A DNA stretch of 47,658 bases from Kiritimatiellales bacterium (GTDB lineage Bacteria > Patescibacteriota > Gracilibacteria > Peribacterales > Peribacteraceae), in assembly GCA_021734665.1 (NCBI GenBank), contig JAIPIN010000003.1:1-47658 (forward strand), given 5' to 3'. Positions 9,052-16,706 of this stretch are shown here, piece by piece. Within the stretch, counting starts at the first letter, position 1. The number at the start of each line of letters is the position of its first letter. Under the pieces are notes generated by a model. That model did no database searches and was not told the DNA's origin. It saw only the letters and a program-made list of their open reading frames with translations. A program made the translations under genes and the position numbers.

Positions 9052-11889
9052 TTAAGGAATGAGTATGAATGCTATCCCCGCCTTACTATCACTAATCACC
9101 ACATCAAGCCCCAGATCTGAATTATTTATAAATTCGATAAAGGTATTTACCTTTTGATGCAATGTTCCGTTCTGATCTTTCTCTATAGTTGCAGTATTGG
9201 TATCAAATACAAAACTATTGAAACCAAGCGCCTTAATACGTTCCAACGTAAGTTTTGGATCGCGCTCTTGATACAGACAATTAAAGAAGTCCAATTGATG
9301 ATCAGAAATCCCAATAATTTCTAAATTACGCGGAATGAAGTACGGAATAAATGTTCCTACACGATATAGATAAGGACGATCTGGCATATCTCGATGACGT
9401 TGAACAACTGTATCTGCCACATCATCATAATGTGGAACTGTGCGTTCTATCATTACTTCTGCAGACGCTTTCCCGAGCGGATATTCCAGAAGGTTCTTCT
9501 GTGTTTCGTACTGCCACATTCGCATAGCAAGTGCCCCAAATAGTGCCAATCCTATAAGCACGCTCGCAATAGATCGGCCTAATGTATCTGGCGCCTTTGC
9601 AACCAACACTTCTATAAATACCACTAATCCTAAGAACATCCCGATGCCATACCATATAATTCCGTTAGCCATAAACATCCACTGCACAATCATGAAGATA
9701 GTCCCTGTAAATAACCATCTAAGCCATCTGCCACGCCTGGTCCAGAAGAATGGCAATAGCAATAGAAGTGGTATTAGCAGCAGCGCAGGCGAAGTAGTTA
9801 CGTAATACCCTGTACTATCCATGTTCATTGTCGTTCTCCATGGCAAGGTTAGATAGTGACCCCACCCTTTCTCAAATCCCCAGTAACGATCAAGCTCTTC
9901 TACACCACCAGAAGGTTTGCATAACGGATGTTCACGGTCTACAAGAAGCTCTGCTGGAAGCTGACTAATATTTTTACCATCAAAGTCGTCAGATATTTCG
10001 TAAATGCGCAAATCCGGTGAAATATTATTTGGTGCTTTAAATTCAAGTCTAGGAATAATATTGCCATGAAGGAAATTGTTATGTGCTACCCACGGCAAAA
10101 TAGCTACAAAGAATGAAGCTCCAAAAATTGCAGCTGCTAATAGAGTTGATTTGATATTCTTCTTATATCTCACAGAAACTGCACTAATAACTACTAGACC
10201 AATAGCAGCTGAAGTAATAAGAAAAGCCTTAGGAGAAATATTTACGCTGCCTCCAAATATTCTCTCTAGAGTACGAGTGATATTTAGTCCCTGCCATGTA
10301 AATATTGCAATTGCTATAAAAATCATTCCTATAAATGCAGACCAGTTCAGCATTACTCCAACCAATATTGTTCCAAGTGTAATGAGTACCATTACAGCTG
10401 TTGGCTTTATAGCAAATGCAAATCCTCCAAATATACCAGCTGCAATAAGCCATCGCATAGACCTGTAAGAGTCTCTACATTCTCCATCTTCATCTGGATT
10501 GAACAGGAATAAGAAAACGCATAGCATACTAAGAACACCCATTAAGAAGACTGCGTTATCAATCTTCATGTCGGCAAAAGAGAAGTGCCCAACCATTGGT
10601 AGTGTGTAATACATAAGTGCCGCCAAAACCCCCCTACCCTTACCAAGAAAAGCACTTGTAAATGTGAATACGGAAAGAGTCGCAAGTAATCCTGCACTCC
10701 AGTTAATCATCATAGATGCAGATGCCCCAAAGCTGCTCTCGTATCCAAAGAGCAAGAACCCAAGTGACGTAAGATACTCCCAGAAAAATGGAGCCATAGA
10801 GAATATGAAGTGACCATAACTGACCATTAGCCTTGGCCTATTCAAATAACTTCCAAGATCATCCCACCCAATAGGGAATGGGCGTACTACAGAAAGGAAA
10901 TTGAATGCTAGATATGTAATTAGTAACCATGAAAGAAGAATGAAAGGATCACGCCATGATCGATTACATTCCCATGAAGCAGACAGTAATTGTTCATGCC
11001 AATATTTAGCATGTTTGTATCCAATTAATGGTATTACAATCAAAAGTCCCCATCCCACAGGTGCCGAAAATAATGGCAGGAATGGCATGTGCAAACTGAT
11101 AACTGCCAAAAACCATAGTAGTGCAATAAAAGCGCATGCCCCAAGTCCTACACTTAACATTGATTCAATAAGAAGCCTCTTTGGTTTTAATTTCAACCAT
11201 GTAATAATCGCATGCCCCATAACCAACATCTCAAATAATAGAACCAAAATAAAAATCAAAAGAGGAACCACGCGAGTAACGAATGATTTTTGAATACAGA
11301 TTCCTTTCATGTTAAAAACCTTTGCTCCGTTATTAAATGTGCCTACTTGAGTAAGGCAATTATGACTCATCAACCGATCCATATTGTCTTGAAGTGTTTG
11401 CAGACCTTCTTCTCCTACATTTGTATAAACTCTAGGCAAAGGTTCTACAAGTCTACGTATAGAAACATCCCCAACACTAAGAGTAGAAAATACTGTAAAT
11501 ATTAACCATAAAGATCCAACAAATAGCAAAAGCATGTGCCATGGCTTTACCTGCCATTTGAGCTCTACTCTCCCCGTCTTAAAGGCGATATAGCCAATAG
11601 CTAATCCATAAATAATTGCGCTTACAACTGCATATGCAAAGAATGGTGACATGCGATTAATACTGTGTTCTAAGAAAGGCCAAAAGCTATTTAAACCACG
11701 ACATATATATGGAACAACTCCATTCGCTGAGCTGTCACAAGAACTGGCCAAAGCATCAAAAACAGGACGTTCCAAGAATACAATGCCGTGATATGGCACT
11801 CCCAAGTAGTAAAGGAATGTGTATGCCCCCCATATAAGGAGAACCACAAAGAAGGCAATTGATAGATACTTGATAGTCTGCTTCTGCAT
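9052..11889 (-). CDS. Large polytopic membrane protein, probable GT-C fold glycosyltransferase
   Basis: Many TM segments, GWDDLGSYLNRP (WD..Y..P loop), MKID and FAIKPT motifs typical of PMT/ArnT-like proteins. Sits in the GT cluster. Confidence 0.65.
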   Translation of the reverse strand: MQKQTIKYLSIAFFVVLLIWGAYTFLYYLGVPYHGIVFLERPVFDALASSCDSSANGVVPYICRGLNSFWPFLEHSINRMSPFFAYAVVSAIIYGLAIGYIAFKTGRVELKWQVKPWHMLLLFVGSLWLIFTVFSTLSVGDVSIRRLVEPLPRVYTNVGEEGLQTLQDNMDRLMSHNCLTQVGTFNNGAKVFNMKGICIQKSFVTRVVPLLIFILVLLFEMLVMGHAIITWLKLKPKRLLIESMLSVGLGACAFIALLWFLAVISLHMPFLPLFSAPVGWGLLIVIPLIGYKHAKYWHEQLLSASWECNRSWRDPFILLSWLLITYLAFNFLSVVRPFPIGWDDLGSYLNRPRLMVSYGHFIFSMAPFFWEYLTSLGFLLFGYESSFGASASMMINWSAGLLATLSVFTFTSAFLGKGRGVLAALMYYTLPMVGHFSFADMKIDNAVFLMGVLSMLCVFLFLFNPDEDGECRDSYRSMRWLIAAGIFGGFAFAIKPTAVMVLITLGTILVGVMLNWSAFIGMIFIAIAIFTWQGLNITRTLERIFGGSVNISPKAFLITSAAIGLVVISAVSVRYKKNIKSTLLAAAIFGASFFVAILPWVAHNNFLHGNIIPRLEFKAPNNISPDLRIYEISDDFDGKNISQLPAELLVDREHPLCKPSGGVEELDRYWGFEKGWGHYLTLPWRTTMNMDSTGYYVTTSPALLLIPLLLLLPFFWTRRGRWLRWLFTGTIFMIVQWMFMANGIIWYGIGMFLGLVVFIEVLVAKAPDTLGRSIASVLIGLALFGALAMRMWQYETQKNLLEYPLGKASAEVMIERTVPHYDDVADTVVQRHRDMPDRPYLYRVGTFIPYFIPRNLEIIGISDHQLDFFNCLYQERDPKLTLERIKALGFNSFVFDTNTATIEKDQNGTLHQKVNTFIEFINNSDLGLDVVISDSKAGIAFILIP

Positions 11890-12026
11890 ATGTGGATGTA
11901 GGTTAGCAATGATTGAGAGAAAAGGAAATCTAGGTGATTATTATGATTAAATAAATTGATAACCTTTCATATCTTTGGCTGCTTCAATTGCTTCCAATTA
12001 GACATAGAAACCAGTATAAAACACCC

Positions 12027-13238
12027 GTGTCATTCAACCATTCTGATATTCGGCTTCAATTCCCCATCTTAAAGAAGGGCACATATCTTGATAGCGCCGC
12101 AACTGCACAAAAGCCCCAAGTAGTAATTGACTCAATGAAACATTTTTACGAAACAGAAAACGCAAATGTCCACCGAGGAATGCATATGCTTTCGGAAAAA
12201 GCTACAACCGCCTTCGAAGAAGCGCGCACTTCTGTACAAAAATTTATTAATGCTAAATCAGCAGAAGAAATTATATTCACTTCTGGTAGTACTGAGGGCA
12301 TCAACCTAGTTGCAAAAACATGGGGGAAAGAAAATTTAGGAGAAGAAGATTCAGTTTTGATAACTCTGCTGGAACATCATTCAAACATTACACCTTGGAT
12401 ACAGCTAAAAGATGAAAATGACTGCGCAGTAGAATGGGTGGAACTTGATCAAAATGAAAATATTGATATAACTCAGCTAGACAAACATCTGGCGAATGGA
12501 AATGTAAAACTAGTTGCGATCACTGGGCAGAGCAATGTAACTGGTGTGCGAACTCCTCTTAAAGAGATAATAAATAAGACACACGAAGCAGGTGCATTGG
12601 CACTCGTAGATGCAGCACAACTTTCTGCACATCATCCAATTGATGTACAAGATTTAGAATGTGACTTTTTGGTTTTGTCTGGACATAAACTTTATGGTCC
12701 TACAGGAATAGGAGTTTTGTATGGCAAACGTGAACTGCTCGAAAGTATGCCCCCCTTCTTAACTGGCGGAGGAATGATAAAAGAAGTTAAACGTGATCAC
12801 TTCACATGTGCAGCCATTCCAACAAAATTTGAAGCAGGCACTCCACCAATCGCACAAGCAGTGGGGCTGCGGACTGCCATAGATTGGCTTTTGCAATTTA
12901 ATTGGGAAGATATAGAAGCACATGAGCGCTCACTTATAGAAAAATCATTTTCTGAACTCAGAAAAATTGAAGGGCTTACAATCCTAGGACCAAGTGATCC
13001 AAAAAATATTTCTGGATGCTTAAGTTTTGTAATTGATGGCATTCATCCGCATGACCTTACAGATATTATTGGGCAGAAAGGCGTGTTCATGCGTGCAGGC
13101 CATCACTGCGCTCAACCTTTGCATGAGCATTACGGAATCCCAGCATCCACCCGCCTCTCGATTGGAATTTATAATAATGGAGAGGACATAGAAAAAATAA
13201 CTCCCGCCATCCAAGAGGCAATAAAGATATTTTCCTAG
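12027..13238 (+). CDS. sufS: Cysteine desulfurase, SufS type
   Basis: YLDSAATAQKP, EHHSN, DAAQ, SGHK (PLP Lys), RAGHHCAQP. Start chosen at GTG 12027 (the track gives 11988). Confidence 0.93.
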   Translation: MSFNHSDIRLQFPILKKGTYLDSAATAQKPQVVIDSMKHFYETENANVHRGMHMLSEKATTAFEEARTSVQKFINAKSAEEIIFTSGSTEGINLVAKTWGKENLGEEDSVLITLLEHHSNITPWIQLKDENDCAVEWVELDQNENIDITQLDKHLANGNVKLVAITGQSNVTGVRTPLKEIINKTHEAGALALVDAAQLSAHHPIDVQDLECDFLVLSGHKLYGPTGIGVLYGKRELLESMPPFLTGGGMIKEVKRDHFTCAAIPTKFEAGTPPIAQAVGLRTAIDWLLQFNWEDIEAHERSLIEKSFSELRKIEGLTILGPSDPKNISGCLSFVIDGIHPHDLTDIIGQKGVFMRAGHHCAQPLHEHYGIPASTRLSIGIYNNGEDIEKITPAIQEAIKIFS

Positions 13239-13275
13239 CCCCAGCCCCAGCCCTAGCCCCAGCCCAAGCCCCACC
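13236..13275. repeat. Hexamer array (NAGCCC)x6 forming the entire sufS-sufU spacer
   Basis: tagccc cagccc cagccc tagccc cagccc aagccc cacc ATG. Confidence 0.95.
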
Positions 13276-13698
13276 ATGGACCTCTACGCAGAAAACATCC
13301 TTGACCACTTCAAAAGCCCTCGTAATAGAGGAGAGATCAAAGACCCAACTGTAGAGCATGAAGAATTGAACCTGAGTTGTGGAGATAAAATCACAATTCA
13401 ATTGGCCATAGAGAATGATGTGATTAAAGAAAGCCAGTGGAAAGGAAGCGGATGCGCGATCAGCATTGGAGCAATGTCTATATTATCCGAAGAACTGGAA
13501 GGGAAATCTGTAGAAGAAGCCTCAGCTTTATCTATAGATGATGTTAAGAAGTTACTTGGAGTACCAATCAGCCAAAGAAGACTGAAGTGTGCGATGCTGT
13601 GTTTACATACATTGAAGAATGCGCTGCATTCATTTAAGCATGAAGATACTCAAAGTTGGACAGAGACTATTGGACAAGAAGAAATGAAAAATGAATAA
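13276..13698 (+). CDS. sufU: Fe-S cluster scaffold / sulfur transfer protein (SufU/IscU family)
   Basis: LYAENILDHFKSPRNRG, NLSCGD, GCAIS, RLKCA. Confidence 0.9.
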   Translation: MDLYAENILDHFKSPRNRGEIKDPTVEHEELNLSCGDKITIQLAIENDVIKESQWKGSGCAISIGAMSILSEELEGKSVEEASALSIDDVKKLLGVPISQRRLKCAMLCLHTLKNALHSFKHEDTQSWTETIGQEEMKNE

Positions 13699-13754
13699 TG
13701 AAAAATGAATAATTAGTTCAAGGTAGCATTTTTCATTCTTAATTATTAATTTTC
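13681..13754. repeat. Inverted pair of 7-mer arrays (AATGAA[A/T]) / ([T/A]TTCATT)
   Basis: Encodes the last SufU codons and the stop. Same family at 20760-20856, 37841-37931 and 39408-39459. Confidence 0.8.
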
Positions 13755-13756
13755 CA

Positions 13757-14014
13757 GCCGCCCTAGCTCCAGCCTTCGCTAACAGCCGTCGCCAAGGCTA
13801 TGGCCGTCAAGAAGCTACGGCTGGCAGGCAGTGCCCAGACCCGCGCAGCGGGGCGTGATAAAAAAGACTAGCTCGATTGCGGAGCAATTAGAATCATTCA
13901 CCTCAACGGAACAAGCCGCACTAGCTCCAGCCTTCGCTAAAGCTACGGCCGGCAGGCAGTGGTAGAGCACCTCGGTTGCGGAACCATTAGACTCATTCAC
14001 ACTCAACGTAACAA
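13757..14014 (+). pseudogene. Two tandem 5' fragments of tRNA-Thr, each interrupted by a 30-nt palindromic element
   Basis: GCCGC(C/A)CTAGCT at 13757 and 13915. Inserts at 13769-13828 (nested, 30+30 nt) and 13927-13956. A shared ~40-nt spacer follows each fragment. Confidence 0.9.
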
Positions 14015-14089
14015 GCCGCCCTAGCTCAGTGGTAGAGCACCTCCATGGTAAGGAGGGGGTCACGAGTTCAAATCTCGTGGGCGGCTCCA
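14015..14089 (+). tRNA. tRNA-Thr(GGT)
   Basis: Acceptor stem GCCGCCC/GGGCGGC, D arm AGCTCAGTGGTAGAGC, anticodon arm CCTCC-ATGGTAA-GGAGG, GTTCAAATC, encoded CCA. Confidence 0.97.
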
Positions 14090-14527
14090 TTCGTCTTCGC
14101 GGTATACAAGCAACAAGGCTACGATCAATCAATTCCATTAATAATGTTGGCGATCCCGCTACGACGCAATGGTGTTTTGTGTTACATTTCATTGCTATGG
14201 ATTACGTTTATATCTTGGAATCAGCACGCAGCACGCAGCATTGGTATGTAGGCATAACTAATGACCTACAAAGACGACTTAATGAGCATAATAAAGGCGA
14301 TTCAATACACACGAATAAATACAAACCTTGGATCATTAAAAATTACATTGCATTTAAAGATAGGGCAAAGGCAGAAGCATTTGAACAATACTTAAAAACA
14401 CAATCGGGAAGATCATTTGTAAAGAGACACTTTTAAATAACAAGCCCGTCGCGCCGAAGCGGGATCGCCACTGCAAGGATATCATTAATGGACACAAGCA
14501 TACCGATTACGTTACCGCGAAGGCGGA
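14090..14527. mobile_element. Candidate element: GIY-YIG gene flanked by ~80-bp imperfect inverted repeats
   Basis: 14090-14172 is inverted relative to 14446-14527. The best block is 14148-14172 vs 14446-14470 (21/25 match). Confidence 0.65.
14197..14436 (+). CDS. Small stand-alone GIY-YIG nuclease (79 aa)
   Basis: YVYIL...YVG.T.DL.RRL.EHN.G...T...P....E..LK. Start moved to ATG 14197 because the longer ORF runs through the tRNA. Confidence 0.92.
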   Translation: MDYVYILESARSTQHWYVGITNDLQRRLNEHNKGDSIHTNKYKPWIIKNYIAFKDRAKAEAFEQYLKTQSGRSFVKRHF

Positions 14528-14546
14528 CAAAAAAAGCACATAAATC

Positions 14547-14575
14547 TTGACGCCTCGTGCCTACCCCCTTAATCT
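14547..14575 (+). promoter_or_regulatory. Sigma70-type promoter for rpsF-rpsR
   Basis: TTGACG-N17-TAATCT. Confidence 0.65.
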
Positions 14576-14581
14576 GCGTCA

Positions 14582-14627
14582 GCACGATTTCCTCATATCC
14601 AAATATGAGGTTTCACCCAAGAATCGT
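14582..14627 (+). promoter_or_regulatory. Structured rpsF leader, candidate S6:S18 autoregulatory RNA
   Basis: ACGATT/AATCGT outer stem and CCTCATAT/ATATGAGG inner stem with a C-rich 3' internal loop, abutting the ATG. Confidence 0.5.
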
Positions 14628-15227
14628 ATGATATCTTTACAATCAACAGCGGCAACAGATACAGATTTAGACGATCAGGAGACTGATGTGCGTCTTTATG
14701 AGTGTTCTGTGCTGTATCCTTTCCCTCTTAACCAAAAAGAGGAAAAAGATATTATTGATGGTGTAGAAGAGATATTCAAAGAGGCAGGCGCCAGAGAAGT
14801 AGCCAAAGATAAATGGGGACGCAGAGGGCTCGCCTACCCTATTAAAGGACACAACGAAGGTGCATTTATTATCTACCATCTTGAAATTGATCCTTCTAAA
14901 GTTAAAGAAATTAATGAAGCTTTGCGCATTTCGCACGGAGTACTTAGACATCTTATGATCAAGCCCCCTAAGGGATACCAAATTACAAAGTTTTCAGCAT
15001 CTTACGAAAAGTGGCTAAATGAACGCGAGACTGTAGAAGAAAAACGAGAATCAGAGAAAGAAGAAGAGCTACAGCGCCGTGTAACAGAAAAAGCCAGACG
15101 CCAAGCTAAGCGTGTAGAAAAAGAACAGAAGGATAAGCCCCCTGTAACAAAAGAAACTACTGTAGAAAAAGACAAACTCTCCGAAGAGTTGGAAAAGCTT
15201 ATTTCCGATGATGAACTAGATCTCTAA
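14628..15227 (+). CDS. rpsF: 30S ribosomal protein S6 with long charged C-terminal tail
   Basis: YE..., WGRRGLAYPIK, G.F, VLRHL. Start at ATG 14628; the TTG at 14547 is the -35 box. Confidence 0.92.
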   Translation: MISLQSTAATDTDLDDQETDVRLYECSVLYPFPLNQKEEKDIIDGVEEIFKEAGAREVAKDKWGRRGLAYPIKGHNEGAFIIYHLEIDPSKVKEINEALRISHGVLRHLMIKPPKGYQITKFSASYEKWLNERETVEEKRESEKEEELQRRVTEKARRQAKRVEKEQKDKPPVTKETTVEKDKLSEELEKLISDDELDL

Positions 15228-15235
15228 TTTCTATT

Positions 15236-15472
15236 ATGGCTAAAAATCCTCAGCAAAGGCGAAGCGATCCAAGACGCAAAAAATGCCCATTCTGCGAAGG
15301 TGGCGCTAAATATATTGATTATAAAGACTATCCAACTATAAAACCTTATACCGATTACTTTGGTTCTGTTCGCCAGCGTTACTACACTGGAATTTGCCTA
15401 AAGCATCAGAAAATGCTGAGAACTGCAATCCAGAGGGCACGATTCATGGGGATGCTCGCCTACAGGAAATAA
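15236..15472 (+). CDS. rpsR: 30S ribosomal protein S18 (zinc-binding form)
   Basis: RRKKCPFC, IDYKD, TGICLKHQ, AIQRARFMGML. Confidence 0.95.
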   Translation: MAKNPQQRRSDPRRKKCPFCEGGAKYIDYKDYPTIKPYTDYFGSVRQRYYTGICLKHQKMLRTAIQRARFMGMLAYRK

Positions 15473-15556
15473 CGTTATTTTGTTACTACACTATTTCGTT
15501 TGCAGAATAGAACTTTTTGCAAAAAAAATGAATTAACGAATTAACGAAATAACGAA
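15471..15556. repeat. Inverted pair of 8-mer arrays (TTCGTTAN / TAACGAA[T/A])
   Basis: Starts at the rpsR stop codon. Right arm is aattaacgaattaacgaaataacgaa. Confidence 0.75.
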
Positions 15557-15610
15557 TCTGCGATAAACTTTGCTATAGTAACAACTTACATCTTATTAAC
15601 TACTTCTATC

Positions 15611-16357
15611 ATGTCAGGACACAGTAAATGGGCCAGCATCAAACATAAGAAAGGCGCCGCAGATGCTAAACGCGGTAAAATTTTTACGCGACATGCAAAA
15701 CTAATCGAGATTTGTGCACGCGAAGGTGGTGGCGGTGATCCATCTATGAACCCTAGCCTAAAAACTGCTATCGATAATGCAAAGGCAGAAAATGTTCCTA
15801 ATATGAACATTGATCGAGCGATCAAAAAAGGAACAGGCGAACTTAAAGGAGATCAAACTGTAGCTGTAACATACGAAGCATATGCCCCTGGCGGAGCGGC
15901 AGTCATTATTGAATGTCTAACAGACAATAAGAATCGAACTCTCTCTAGTGTTAAATCTACAATCGAGAAGCGCGGAGGCAAGTGGGCAGAAAGCGGAGCT
16001 GTTATGTGGATGTTTGAGCAAAAGGGAATTGTAATAGGAAGAGGAGCTCCTCTATCTGAGGATACAGAACTAACATTAATTGATGCGGGAGCAGAAGATA
16101 TCGAGTTTTCGGATAACTTGATTGAAGTTAAGACAGAGGCTGCAAGTTGGCCAAAGGTTCGTGATGCTCTTAAAGAAGCTGGTTATGAAATAGAAGAAGC
16201 AGGAATGAAATATGTAGCCAAGCAGGAAGCTGATATAAAAGATGCAGAAGCAGCTAGCAAACTTATGAACTTCACTGACGCACTGGAAGAAGACGAGGAC
16301 GTTGCAGAGGTCCACACAAATGCGAATATTAGTGATGAAGTTGCAGCACAACTATAA
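15611..16357 (+). CDS. yebC: YebC/PmpR/TACO1 family protein
   Basis: MSGHSKWASIKHKK, YEAYAPGG, TDNKNRT, LEEDEDV.EV.TN. Confidence 0.95.
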   Translation: MSGHSKWASIKHKKGAADAKRGKIFTRHAKLIEICAREGGGGDPSMNPSLKTAIDNAKAENVPNMNIDRAIKKGTGELKGDQTVAVTYEAYAPGGAAVIIECLTDNKNRTLSSVKSTIEKRGGKWAESGAVMWMFEQKGIVIGRGAPLSEDTELTLIDAGAEDIEFSDNLIEVKTEAASWPKVRDALKEAGYEIEEAGMKYVAKQEADIKDAEAASKLMNFTDALEEDEDVAEVHTNANISDEVAAQL

Positions 16358-16359
16358 AG

Positions 16360-16632
16360 TCAACTCAGTGTTTTTAGAACTGCCTTAAGAACTTCTGGTC
16401 TTTTGAGTGGAAGACGATAGTACACATGCATCCCTCTCTTGCGTCTTGAAACTAGATTGGCTGCTTCCAGTTTTTGTAAATGCTTGGAAGCCGGTCTTAT
16501 TCGAAGAGAAATAAATTGAGCTATTTTACTTACGGATTCCATCCTTCCATTTTCCAAATGACGAAGAATATTTAGACGTTTTGCGTTACCAAGTGCTTTA
16601 CATTGAAGCTCTAGAATTCTGTATTTATTCAT
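16360..16632 (-). CDS. ArsR/SmtB-family HTH regulator
   Basis: KALGNAKRLNIL, SKHLQKL..ANLV....G..VYY. Confidence 0.85.
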   Translation of the reverse strand: MNKYRILELQCKALGNAKRLNILRHLENGRMESVSKIAQFISLRIRPASKHLQKLEAANLVSRRKRGMHVYYRLPLKRPEVLKAVLKTLS

Positions 16633-16706
16633 GCTTTTTGGTTAAAAATATAATATTTTAAGCATGGTACCATTCGGGCGAATAGTCTACTAAATATTAT
16701 TGAAAA

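Noticed and set aside
13757-14043. Possible CRISPR array (repeats at ~100-160 nt spacing)
   Set aside because: The repeats are tRNA fragments, the spacers are near-copies of each other rather than unique, and there are no cas genes in the window.
14029-14196. N-terminal 56 codons of the 135-aa ORF, and ORFs 13815-14192 and 14045-14251
   Set aside because: They overlap the tRNA and repeat arms. The GIY-YIG domain begins at ATG 14197.
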